From: Trichoplax sp. H2
Lineage: Eukaryota
DNA: 64,000 nt
Assembly: GCA_003344405.1 (NCBI GenBank)
Contig: NOWV01000148.1
Location: forward strand, 1 to 64,000
Direction of reading: 5' to 3'
Below are positions 39,764-52,470 of this stretch, piece after piece. Below the pieces are notes generated by a model. It was not told the DNA's origin. It made no database searches and saw nothing but the letters and a program-made list of their open reading frames with translations. The position numbers were made by a program, and so were the translations under genes. Every line of letters begins with the position of its first letter. The first letter of the stretch is position 1.

Positions 39764-41807
39764 GTTTAGATTAAGCTAAGGACACGAAGCTGTAACGTAA
39801 CTTAGTATTGTGATTGTAGACTGTTAGCCATGTTTAGTATAATGTACGGTAGCGTAACTTCTATATTTATCCTAAGAGATATTTGGTAACCATAACTATA
39901 GACTGTAGTGGCGTAGACTCTATGCTAGAGTACAGATGACTATATACATTAAGGTCTTGAGTTACTAATAAGGTTATAGGTAAAAATAGAACTGTAAATC
40001 ATATATTAGGATATGGTTACTTCATTGTATTTTGGCTGGTGTGACTAATGTCTACGTAAATACTATAGTCGTATCCATATCAATTAATGATGGTCCGCAG
40101 TAGAATTGTGTTACTAAGAATAATTTAAGTATGTGTAAAATAAGGTAACAGGTTGCCGTGCTGATTGTAGCTGCGAATGCTACGAAAAGTATAAAATCAT
40201 GCAACTTTAGATTATTCAGTTAGTTCGTTCTAGAAGTCTTTAGTAGTAGTATTCGGCTAGAGTAGAGCTGTGTAGTTACTCTTTGTATAAGATTCAATAA
40301 AGCCCTTATTTTTCTAAAATTTGGAATTTCGTGATCGGTATATATCACAGAAGCGCACGAAGCTTCAAGTACTTGACTGCTAATGTATAACTGTACTTGT
40401 GGGTAATAAACTGTTTTCATGTAGTAGACTCATAAAATAGCTCACAATATTAGCGTGATGATATACAATCGCATATTCCATACCAGTAATCCCAATTTCC
40501 TCTTAATAAACGATACCATCATCTTGAATTAGCTAATACATGCTGTCGTCATATAAAGATCACAACTTTCATGATGATTACGACAGTATGAATTACCGGA
40601 AAAATTGATAGTACCTCAGATCTGCAACAATTTATTAAGATGCGATTGAAAATCTTAATATGCATTTATTACACTTTCATGAAGTAATTCTAATAAGTTG
40701 CATATATAATATTACATGCTTAACAAAATCATAGAAATTAACAACTCTTCACATTTGCCTCATATTCTTAAACTATACTTATTTATTATTGATTTTGTCA
40801 GTAGATTATAACCACTTTTCATGTAACAAGGTTGTAGTACAGCCCCAAATATATCTAAGACTATAATTATTAGATTATACGAAAATTGATCAATTGTATG
40901 TGAGATTGTAAGATAATAAATTATAGTCTAATTCCAGATAGATAGTCTTTAGTAGTTGTTAGAACCTAACTTACGTAATAAAGTAAAATTATCAAGAATT
41001 TTAGAGCTCGCCTTAATTTTGAGAAGACCCTTTATAGCAAATGTAGCGTATACTGGTAAATATATTGATATCTATTTCGTCATTACTGCCGTAACTGACG
41101 AAATAGACTTCACCCAATTAAACAATTTAAGTATGTTTAACTTATTTAAATTCATTTTACCTACCTCAATCATTTTCCAAACCATACAATATGCATATAG
41201 TAGCTAATCGGCAGTATTTACTCAGACTTAACGAGTACATCAAAATCATTGACGAGAAACACATATTTCTGAAAATAGTTATGAAGTGACAAATTCTTAT
41301 AAACATCAAACATCTTATCTTGACCACGAGCACAATATTAGAGAATATCAAACATTAAGATGATCTGTTCTAATAATTTTATTATAGTATAACTACATTT
41401 TAAATATAGAGTAAAATCTGGAATAAATAATATTAACCATTTTAAATTACTGTGCAAAAGGAGCTGTATAATAACTCATTATTTATATTATATTATCGTA
41501 CAAGTCAAATTGGGTGATAAACAAGCTATTAGTCACTCTTATCTTTGCTAACTCGATAAATAACCTTAGCCTTCAATGTCTTTACAATGCTGTATACGCG
41601 CATTATCCATACCTTGACAAAATATGATCATGTTAAACATTTCTATCATTAAAGTACAAGCAGCATTTTTCATAAAATAGATCTACTGACTGTTACTGTA
41701 GGTATTATTAAAATTAGTTTGTGTACCCATACGATTATTTATCCATCAGGCTATCATCTATTAGGTAGATTGTTAGACAAATCAACTTTCGTATATTAGG
41801 AGGATCT

Positions 41808-42646
41808 TTAGTGGCATGTAAAGCTATAAATTTTCAATAAATCGACGATAGGAGCCTCGCCAGTGTATAAAGTTCCAAATTTAAATACTTAGACTAGCTT
41901 TAACTTTTCTACTAATGCCTTTCCATGATTATTCGTTTCTGGAAAGTCGAGAGTAATCCTACAATCACTTTTGTGTTGACAAAGAGACTTTAACAAAATT
42001 TCTGCAATTTCTGGTGTTTCAGCCTAAAGTGGGCCTATACGATAACCATTAACACTTTTTCTAATTGCTTCGAAGCCTTTCACTGTATCTTTATCCATAT
42101 AAGCTAAGTAATCTGTTGTTCCAGCATTGATCCTCCTGCTAAAAAGTGTTTTCTCTCATCTGCATAAAATCGTGCATCGTATTGCAGAATTTTATCGAAT
42201 GGTACACTACTAGCTGTATAAACGAAGGGGCAAGATATTGTACTATTATCCACAGCTCCTGTATATCGAACATTGACATGAGCCATTTTAAAACCAGAAT
42301 TCTGATATTTAGGTGCATGAATTAGTAGTCCATCGACTCGAACATTATATCCATTCAAGTAGTTCACTGAAAGTTGAAATATTCTCATGCCATGACCTTG
42401 ACCACGATGTTCTTTGACAACAACATAGTATCCAATAATAGCAATATGATTAAATTTTACTCCAGCTACACAACACACCGGCTTACCATTGATAAGGCCA
42501 ATAAAATATCCACTGGGATCAGCTTGTTCAAATGCGATTGCATCATTATCACCAGGATTCCATCCTTCTTTCCTAGCCATAGAAATGATCCATTCGACTT
42601 GATCGGACGAAGCTGATACTATCTCAAGATTGGAATTTTCTGCCAT
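41808..42646 (-). pseudogene. Divergent, inverted GNAT paralogue, pseudogenised in its C-terminal half
   Basis: The N-terminal 170 aa are open (EGWNPG, HRGQGHG). A 1-nt deletion near 42133 follows, then GYRIGPL*AETPEIAE (TAG 42024-42026), a TAA at 41889-41891 and another frameshift. Confidence 0.88.
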
Positions 42647-42923
42647 TTATAAATATCACATCAATCTAGTTATATAAATAGGAGAAATACTATCATAGTC
42701 CAAAGCTAGTTTGAACTTAACGTCTTCTTTGCTCCTTGTTTTATTTTGTTAGAAAATCAGTCTTTAGTAGTATAAATGTTATTCACTGCTTGCCAGCTAT
42801 CTTGCAATACTAGCAATTCTAATTTATATATTATTGGAGTGATTTCAATAGCGAGAGAACAATCCGTCAGATAAATCTCATTAATTTTGCCGCCCTTTCC
42901 AGCTGTGCTTTGGTCACTTGATC

Positions 42924-45380
42924 TTAACAACACGATTTAATGGCGTCAAAGTTAATGCAATCAATAGTCCGATAAGCTATGATTGATGCTTTAGAAAGAG
43001 ACGACGCTTTGGCGGTCGCTGTCAGAACTCCTCCTTTTTTAGTTAATACTTGGTGATCCATGTCATCTAAGCATTGATAAATAAAACCTTATAGCAATGC
43101 TGTGATCGCTAGCATAATAACTTCAAAATCTAGAATGTTTAGTAACATAAATTTAGTGGGAAATTGAAATTCCTTCAAATTTCGATGCTACAGTATGTGG
43201 CAAAATTGAATTATACGCGTAAATAAAAATTTTTGAACAGTAGTAACATAATCGTACATGGCAAGATTAAAGCTAGCTCTTAAAGTATTTCCGATGCGCA
43301 ATCATTTGTAGCAAGTTACCATAAATGATTCGAAGCTCACACGATCACGATAAGATCTGCTATTAGTCGTTTATGTCAACCATTATCTCGTTTTTAATCA
43401 GAATATTCAAGTCAGGAGATTGATTTATAGGTATTTAATACTACGATACTAGGATACTATGCAGATATTACGTAAATTTCAATTTTTACCTGTTAATGCA
43501 GTTTCAGCGTGGAATATTTGTATACCAGTAAATGTAGCAGCTTTATTAATACTATGAATTTCAACATCAGTCTGGTATGGTCTAGGGTAACCTCTACTCG
43601 CTAATACTACTCCTACAACATAATCCGGATGCCATTCAACGATACGATTCAAGTTTTGCTTGATGCAATCTTCCAGAATATTGAACAAGTCGCTTTTCAG
43701 TAAGGGTAGTAAAACCTAAAGCAACATGACAGCGCTCTTCACACTAACGCCTATTCTTAGTATTTCTAGTTTATGAAAGAATAGCTGAATACAATTTATT
43801 TGCTAATACTATTGAAATGAAACCCAAATGGTCCTACCAGGCAATCAATCAGCCATTAGGCATGTACTGCTATTTCTTGGAGTTTTACCTGCGCTTCAGG
43901 ATTACCCAATCTACAATTGAACTCTAATACTTTCGGACCATCATTTGTAAGCATTATGTCTACATACAAGATCCCGTCATATGGATGACCAAGGCTTTTC
44001 ATTTTTGAAATGATTTTGAATATAATTTCTTCCCCGATACATCTGTCATCGTCATCTGAAATCTAATATCGGCATGTTACAAAAATTAGAAGGCTTTATT
44101 AATGGCTTGCTTACAGGATAATGGGCTTATTCTGGTTGCATTTTAGCATAATTATAGAAATTCATGTTAATATTACAACTTTCAAGTGTAGAGCTATCTT
44201 TGCAAAATTCATCTATGAATACTAACCTTAGTATATGGAGCAAATACCCTCATTCCTCCTGTAATTGGACCTAAATCGCCATCGTATAGTCTCTTATAAT
44301 CGTGGATGTGTGGCATTATGCTGACATTAACCCCATCGCAGAAAGCTAGAACCTAATAAAAATCGTGCGCATATATTTAGCCTTTATTGCAATCTACGAT
44401 CGGATGAGCCGTAAATCCTTCAGAAAGGGAAAAGCACAGCATATTTCTTGATTAATGACTAGCCCGTTACCGAGATTCATCTCCATGCAAGCATTCTTCA
44501 ATAATCTTTTTCTCTCCAAATTTATTATTCTGTATGGAACAAGAATAGTCAAGACACTATTACTGTTGATTGTTTCGAGCTCGTTCAAGTAACTTGAAAG
44601 ATAAAATCTACCGCAAAATGATAGCTGTAATACGTACTATTAAAATATCGATGATAGCTGTTTCCGCTTCTTCTTGACTACAACAAATAGCAATACCTTT
44701 TCCAGCTGCAAGGCCATTTGCTTTAATAACGTAACGAGATTGTTGATGCTACGATTAAAAGAAAAAATAGCTTGGATCATTTTGTGTGCTGTACCGCTTG
44801 TGGTGTTGTAATTAATCACAATCTTCCTGAAGCGACAGAATTTAAAGTAAGTATGACTACTAGTGCGGCAATGGTCGTTTTTAAGTAAGTAATTTATGTG
44901 CATGAATAGTCTACTGTAAAGGTTAATTTAGTTAGAACTATCAACTGTGTATCTAATATTTCATCAGGTTCAGTTGATGAACATAATTAAATCCGTAATC
45001 CTATTAGTAAAAACCTAGGTACTGAATCTTAAATATCCAGTTAATTGCCTCATATAAAATGACACAAATATTTAGTATTAGCCTATAGATTTTGTAATTA
45101 ATTCAAACAAGAATTAACTATAATGGAAACTACATGGATGATCAAGAACATACGCGTAAATTATTTATTACTGGATAGTACATTACATAAATCGTGACAT
45201 AATCCTTTGAGACAGACTAATGAAAACGTGAGTAATTCCGCTGAATTTACGCTATGAACTGACAGTTCATGTAGAATATCTATTTATTGTATCTTCTTCG
45301 ATTAAGCTATTTCTAAGTGGTTATTCCTGTCATGGCTTAAATTGGTTTAATTTCTGCTGCCTTTCAGTCGGACTACTAGA
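42924..45380 (-). pseudogene. Spliced phosphoribosylamine-glycine ligase (GARS/PurD domain of GART) pseudogene
   Basis: Exons encode YVIKANGLAAGKGI (about 44750-44638), KIIEECLHGDE plus frameshift (about 44530-44471), AFCDG..DYKRLYDGDLGPITGGM (44352-44228), GILYVDIMLTNDGPKVLEFNCRLGNPEAQ (44062-43889), LLPLLKSDL..VVLASRGYP..IFHA (43715-43490) and VLTKKGGVLTATA..INFDAI (43066-42924). A frameshifted PT..AAEI remnant lies near 45350-45380. Confidence 0.85.
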
Positions 45381-46927
45381 CATTAGATAATTACCAATTC
45401 ATATATCTAAATTTGATCTCTTGCCCAGTTACTCTTCATTTTTGCAGATAATAATAGCAATGGAACTTATGATGCTTTCCTTGCTTTCTAAACTCAAAAT
45501 ATTATCACCTTTGTCGGTTTGGGATTGGATTCCTTTCTTTCAGATGGACGTACGATAATTATGGTCGAAAACTTGTACGTGTATTTAGTCAATCACAGTG
45601 TCCAAATAGTCTTTCAATCTTGGATTTTGATCACTTTTAACTACTCATTTTCTACCGTATGGAATTTTGATGGCAATTTTATGTAATTGTTCCTTAATGG
45701 CGTTCTCAACAGCCTCTAATGGCAAGGCTATAATGTTAATATTTCAATTTATGATCGGACTCATTGTAGATAGCATCGCTTATTGCAAACGATTAAATAG
45801 CTTCAAGGTTTGAGCATTACTAATTAGAATTTTTATTTTCAAACATTGTTTTTACTGATGATATTATGAAGTGCTACTATAAATATATCATATTTTCGAG
45901 CCGTTTAATTTTGGGAATTTGAGGAAGGAATATCTGAACCGCGATCTTATAGCAGAATAAGAGAGTGAAATAGCGATAAATATGGAGCTGACAGTTAAAA
46001 ATAAAAATGTAAATACTGAAATATCATTAATCGCTTGCTTATTTATAGGCTGAGATCTATAGAAAAATACAATCAGTAAATAGCATACTGAGAGCTATGA
46101 AGTCAACATAGAGATTTAATAATGATTAACCACTGATGATCATTTAATTCAGCGATTGCATTAATTATAGATATTATTCAAAATTTAAAATGGAACTTAA
46201 AATTTAAGTATCAATAATTCAAATCATAAATATCCATCTACGGGTAGGGTAAATTTTAATTGTTATTGCGAATAATTTTTAAACTGCTGCTAAATCAATC
46301 TCTACAATTACAAAGCAATCCTTTCTTATTGAGATTCGGGATAATAAGTCGCTACTATGTATAGTTAATCAGCCTGGAACTTATTTTTCTTAATTCCTTA
46401 CAATTATTATCGCGGTAATAATAAGCTAGAATATTTGCACATTTAAAATTAGAAATGAATGAAAATATCGTAAACAATGTACGGCAAAGTTACGATAGTA
46501 ACGATGTATATTTTTGCACTAATGTGGTGGCAGGCTGATATTTTATGGTATCGTTATTGCTTACTAGATAAGACTTGGTGAGCGCAATGCGTGGGGATAT
46601 ATAGAAACATTGAATTTTAATTGGTAGACAGATATTAATAGCATGCAAAATTTCACCATCCCAGTTTTAAATAATTGATTGATTTATCTTAAAAGATCAA
46701 GACAATAGGCCTGGCTTTTCATGGTAATAATTTATTTCATAACTTCCGTTTAAAGTACACACTATAAAGTAATTCTCATTATCACAAGGCTAACGATAAA
46801 TTTTAATTATATCTGCTTTGATTCATATTGTCATACTCCATTGCATTTGGGAAACAAAATTCCAGCGTTATCATTTCAAGCAACTCAATTGAAGTACACC
46901 CAAAATCCTATTAAGAAGTAAACGAAA

Positions 46928-48586
46928 TTACGATACTTCACTATAGAAACGATTGGACCTGAATGGATTTCTAGGCTTAATGTAGTTCCAAAATACGGAA
47001 GCAACGACTACAATAGCGAGACAAGTAATCAGAGTAATGCCCATAATCACTGCTGGTGACACAAAATTAATTCTTCCATAATTAGGAATTTTCCGACATG
47101 GTATGTGAGCGAAATTTGCCAATTGGTTTGGTATATCCAAATAGCTTAAATATGCAGGAGTGCATGTAGGATCTTGACAATGATTTTGGTAACCGCAGTC
47201 GCATTCCTCACCGTCATCGATTATTCCATTGCCACATACAGGGTAGTACTGATCCACAAAACAGCTTTGCTGACTTCTTGCTTTATTCAGTAAGGTGTGA
47301 TAAATTGATTGCCGACTACACGGGGAGAATAATAGATTATTTCTTTGCTTTCCGCTTGTAACCGTAGAATGCATTAAATAATCTCCATGACTTCCTCCAG
47401 AAGAGCATCGATGGCTAGCATTATCATGATTCGCACCAAATATGTGGCCCATTTCATGAGCCATGATTAACAGTCTTATTGGGTAGATTAAGGAGCTTCG
47501 ATAACGAGAGATAGACATTAGACCAACATTAGAGCTAGATCGGAGGTGATTGTATTGATAATGATATCGTGTGCATACACCCTGATCTGCTTCATAACCG
47601 CTACTGGCTATTCCAGTTACTTTTAGAGTAAACTGATGATCGATTAGTAGAAACGCCATACAGTACGAGCTGTAATTATAAAGAGCTGTCCAGTTGCCGA
47701 AGTAATATTTTGGATCATCTATATTATCTAAACGACTGAAATTTCTCTTAGCTGAAAAACTTTGTACAGCAAAGCCAATTCCATCCGCTTTGCCATCGCC
47801 GTTAAAATCTGTGCGTCGATAGATCAGGTTAACACCTTGCAATAACACAGAAGCACCAATCAAAGCATGAAATTGGTCCCCATATCGTTGGACAACACGA
47901 TGATCAATTTCAATACGAGCTAAACAGGTAGTTTTATTTGTATCTTTTTTAGTTTGTTCCGAAAATTTTTTCTTACGCAGAAGATGACTATGCAAATTTG
48001 AGGAAGAAAATGACTCTAATGGATCGAAAAGCCATGGTCCGCTTTCTGCTTCTCCACGTCCCTTCCTTGATCGATGTTGAATATCAACATCTCGGTAGAT
48101 AATAAACGAATTACGATCGATGAGATTCCTGATATAAAATAGACTATATTCAATGTAATATTTAATTTTGTTGTGGATAAATACACCTTGAAATTGACCG
48201 GATGGATAAATGTAACCGTAGGCCTCCGATGTTGGATAAGATTCGACAAATCCCTGTACAAGATGGTGGTGATCGAATAATTTAACAGAATTTGGATCTA
48301 AGTCAAGAATGAAATTATCATGATAAAGAAGTGGTTGACTACGTAGAACTAATGGGAAAGTTTTTTTATAGGCATGAACTTGAATTCGGAAGCGATATGC
48401 AAGATTAGTTTTAATATCGGAAGTATTGGTCGCCACTTTAGAATACCCAGAAAATTCTGCATATTCGTAATTTTTAAGATATAGTATAGATGATTGCCTT
48501 TGCTGCCATTGTAATGCAAGTGTAAACGATTGGATATCAAATACACAAATTAGTAACAAAGTGACAATAAATCTGGCTGATGGCAT
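46928..48586 (-). CDS. Intronless ADAM10/17-like membrane metalloprotease, 552 aa
   Basis: Signal peptide, prodomain, basic cleavage sites (RSRKGR, RKKK), zinc motif HEMGHIFGANHD, Met-turn GDYLM, NNLLFSPCS, disintegrin start CGNGIIDDGEECDCG, TM helix AVIMGITLITCLAIVVVASVFW and a short tail. Confidence 0.9.
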   Translation of the reverse strand: MPSARFIVTLLLICVFDIQSFTLALQWQQRQSSILYLKNYEYAEFSGYSKVATNTSDIKTNLAYRFRIQVHAYKKTFPLVLRSQPLLYHDNFILDLDPNSVKLFDHHHLVQGFVESYPTSEAYGYIYPSGQFQGVFIHNKIKYYIEYSLFYIRNLIDRNSFIIYRDVDIQHRSRKGRGEAESGPWLFDPLESFSSSNLHSHLLRKKKFSEQTKKDTNKTTCLARIEIDHRVVQRYGDQFHALIGASVLLQGVNLIYRRTDFNGDGKADGIGFAVQSFSAKRNFSRLDNIDDPKYYFGNWTALYNYSSYCMAFLLIDHQFTLKVTGIASSGYEADQGVCTRYHYQYNHLRSSSNVGLMSISRYRSSLIYPIRLLIMAHEMGHIFGANHDNASHRCSSGGSHGDYLMHSTVTSGKQRNNLLFSPCSRQSIYHTLLNKARSQQSCFVDQYYPVCGNGIIDDGEECDCGYQNHCQDPTCTPAYLSYLDIPNQLANFAHIPCRKIPNYGRINFVSPAVIMGITLITCLAIVVVASVFWNYIKPRNPFRSNRFYSEVS

Positions 48587-49599
48587 AATCAGGTTGGAAT
48601 ATCTTCTAGGAATATTTTACGCTAATTTTTTGACCACAATTCTATTTAAAACTGGCTAATTTTACTTGGGAAATCTCGTGCGACGACAGTAATCTATTCG
48701 AATTTCAAAAATGTTTAAATGAATTGGAAACTAGATGTCGATTGAGTGGGAATGGCTTATTCTTGAATGAATCCATTGATATCATATGAACTTTTCTTCA
48801 ATAACAATTATTGCATAATTAATACCAATGTAATATGACGAGATTGAGAGTCAATATGGATTCTTTTCATTGTCGTGAATTGAGAATTAGATAGAAAGTA
48901 ATAGAGGAACTGATAATTATGATCATTGTTTACAGTTTATAGCAGTCAGCATCATTGATTGCTATATAGTAGGCGGGTAAAACGAATAATTTAAGATGGA
49001 ACTAATTTCAAGGAAAAATAAGGCTTATGATATAGTAGGCTGGAAACAGAGTCTTCCTTGCTTCTTATGTACGATATCATATCAGTACCATATAAAAGTA
49101 ACCATAACATACATAAAATACTTCATTAATATAGCATTACTTAAGGTAAGTTATGTAAAAAGAAGATACAAGAAGAAATATGACTAAACAAACAAATCTA
49201 TTTACGCCTGCACAGTATTAGAAAATTATTTAGAATTTCCATTAAAGATGCAAGCATTAACCAATGAATTATTTATTTTAATATACTTCTTGTTATGATT
49301 TGAGAAATTTTGTTCTTTACACGCGTAGTTTGGTTCATTTCCATACTTAACAATTTTAATCTGGGTACACTTCCTCTTAATATTTAACTTTTATACAGTC
49401 TAGTACCTACACAGTTTACGACGTCAATCACAGCATACTTTCTCTTCATCGTTAATTATTGTGTGGCACTTCAGTATATTAAAATGCTGATATTATTCAT
49501 TCTCATGAAGATATAAATATATGAAAAGGATGTAAAATTAACAAAATATTAATTATGAGCACTAGGAATTTGTATGAAGGACTCATTGGATGCAAAATG

Positions 49600-52470
49600 T
49601 GTATTAAAGCTTTACACCAGATGCCATCTCATTCATCCTGTGAAAAATACCAAATGTTTTGTCGTTAATTATCATTATTTGTTAAGTTTAGGTCTCTTCA
49701 CTTTTCCACATAAGTAGCCAATCTTATGATTTATTGATTTGCGGAAACAATCTTGAGATAATTTATTTAGTTTCATGCCCTTCGTCAAGATTGCTTTGAG
49801 ATCTTGTGAAACTAGATAAAGTTAAAAATTTGCTATTCAAATCTTTCAAATAGAAACTTGAGATACCGGGAGCAATCGAAGTTATCAATAAGAGTAAAAA
49901 ATGATTTGGTACAATCTTTTTAAGTTGTTTGGATTGTAGCTAAATTTGTGTTGTCTAAATTAAGAACTTATGAGATATTCTAACGGTAAAATTCTACCTT
50001 ATGAAACTGCAGATTTATCATACTGTAAGTAGTATTAATTTCTATAACTTGATAGGGTACTGTGACTAATCATTCTTTAAAGTGTTAAAATTGTGCTACC
50101 GAAAGACCGGTTTCTGTTCAATAGTAATGGAAAATTGATCAAACAAAGAGGTGTGAATAAAAGTTTCGAGAAAATAACAATTGATTCCAATGCTGCTTCA
50201 GTTCTAATAAATGGAGAGTTTATAGAGCTAAGTAAATAAATAAATTTTCTCTGTCCCAATGCCATAATATGTTCATGTTTATAGAAAGCGTTTTTGAATT
50301 TTGGAGCTTTCGCACTTAGTCTTCATTATGTTGTTTATGTATGTACTCCATCTTCAGGGGTAATTTATTATAGAATAGCAAATAGCTAATTATAAATATA
50401 TACTTAGAACAAAAAACTGGAGTAGATTTTCATATTACTTAACAAAGGCATCATCTTTCTTTTTATACGTGTTAAAATACTTTTCGTTGTAAATTATGAA
50501 GGCATGAAAACATAGTTTAATTAAGAGTGCAGATTGTTTCTATCTCATATTTCATATTCAACTATAGGACGTTATTATGCTAGGTGATGCTTACATAGTT
50601 AGGAATAAATTTACTCGTTTCTCCTACTCCTATTACATTTCCTTGTTGTAATTTGGTATTATTTACAGTATATGTTGTATACTCTAACTTAGCACTGTTA
50701 CGAATACTCACGGATCTCAACCTGCTGCACAAGATTAGATAGAATAACTGTATTCGGTACTTGTTATCATAAGAGAACTATGTCTAGTCAGGTGATCTGA
50801 CTTATCTGTATCCAACCATTAGCCGAAAGACTACACATAAATGTGCACATCGTGCAATCAGTCATTCAAGGGTTCTAGTTTCTAAAAGTACGTCTAGGCT
50901 ACGAGTAGCGAAGTTCTTGGAATACCTATTTGAGTCTTTACTTGATTAATTCGACATCAAGTCATATATACATATATTCATCAAGAACTACAAATACAAC
51001 AATCCTAAACATCGAAATTTTATCAGGAGAAAAAATAATGAGACCATAAGTAGTAAATTGAACAACAGGATTATAGTCTATGGGTTCTTAATCAATACTT
51101 ACTTTATGAAGGCAAATAGTTCTACACTGCATCTTATCACTCTATTCCTAACAACTAAATACTGCAATTAGCTGAAACTTTGACAACAAGCTTACTGTAA
51201 GGTAAACCCTTCCCAACATCTACTCAGCCTACAACTCTTGGTACTGGCGATCTCTCCGTTATCAGGAAGTTATAGTAAACTGTAGTTCTACCTAGACAAG
51301 AGCTGAGCGCAAACTTTACTAAAAAATGGTTCGATATTTCGTGAATCTATAGGAATATTTACTCATTATAAACACATATGTATTATTATAAAACTATGCA
51401 GTCATCTATACAAGTATGTAAAAAATCAAATAATGGTGCTGCATTATAAATTATCTATCAAAATTAAGATGTATATTTGTTTACGAAAATCTCTTCGCGT
51501 CAATATTACAGTACAAACTGGTCTTTAGATAGCAATCTTAGTAACAAGTACGTCGTAGTCTGCCAAGTGGCACATGATCCTTGATGCTTAGATTATAGAA
51601 TGCGAATTTTTCAGTGATTGAGCGATTAGAAACTAATTATTGCTACAGCAAACTCGCCTTATTGTCAGCTTTATGGTAAATATTACTCCAATTGGTTAAA
51701 CAGCTTACCTTGCTACTTAGCATGTAGCGTTGGAACAAAAGCAAGTATTATGTCTATCTTTTGATGCTATTAATTATTATTGATCGCTATCTTGATATCG
51801 TTTATCTGCTTTCTGCATACAAACTCATCATTAAATAGGCTAATATTCTTGCTATCATTTTTTGGTCCGTTGCATGCTTATTTGGTATTCGCGATTCTAT
51901 CTTGATACCGGAATTTGTATGCCCAATAATTTTATTAATATGTATTATCGGATATGGCTACTGGCCTTTGCGATAGCTACGAGGTTTGCTGGCTTGTTAC
52001 GTTTGGCCTTTACATTAACATAGTAATAGCCACTCAAAAATTCAACCGCAAAATTCGTATATCAGTAATTATTAACAAAAACGTATGGCTATGCTCTTTT
52101 TCTATATTCTACTAAAAGATTTAATATCATGGCTGTCATTCTATTTCACAATTTATGCTGCTAAGGTAAAAAGTGCAAGCAATGCTTTCGAATATTAGTT
52201 TATCGTTATCATCGCATTACCGCTTAACTCTTCAATCAATCCCTTTCTTTATAATTTTACCAATACCGAAATGCTATACGCTATTATTGGATTTCTAGAA
52301 ATGCTGTCGCAACATTTTTTAGACAAATTACTACTACCACCAATACTGAATGCCTCGATTACACTTCACTTAAAATGCAGTCAAAAAAGAAGAAATTCTG
52401 ATTCACCTTCAGCAAAGCCAGGATGGACAATCCTTTCGGAGATTTTATTTATGCAACGACGATTCTTTTA
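49600..52470 (+). pseudogene. Heavily degraded LGR/RXFP/GRL101-type rhodopsin GPCR
   Basis: Remnants NSPYCQLYG (51651, ECL1/TM3 Cys), DTGICMPNN (51904, ECL2) and IVIIALPLNSSINPFLYNFT (52202-52261, TM7 NPxxY typical of LGRs), separated by many stops and frameshifts. The upstream LRR part is only weakly suggested, so the left boundary is uncertain. Confidence 0.7.
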
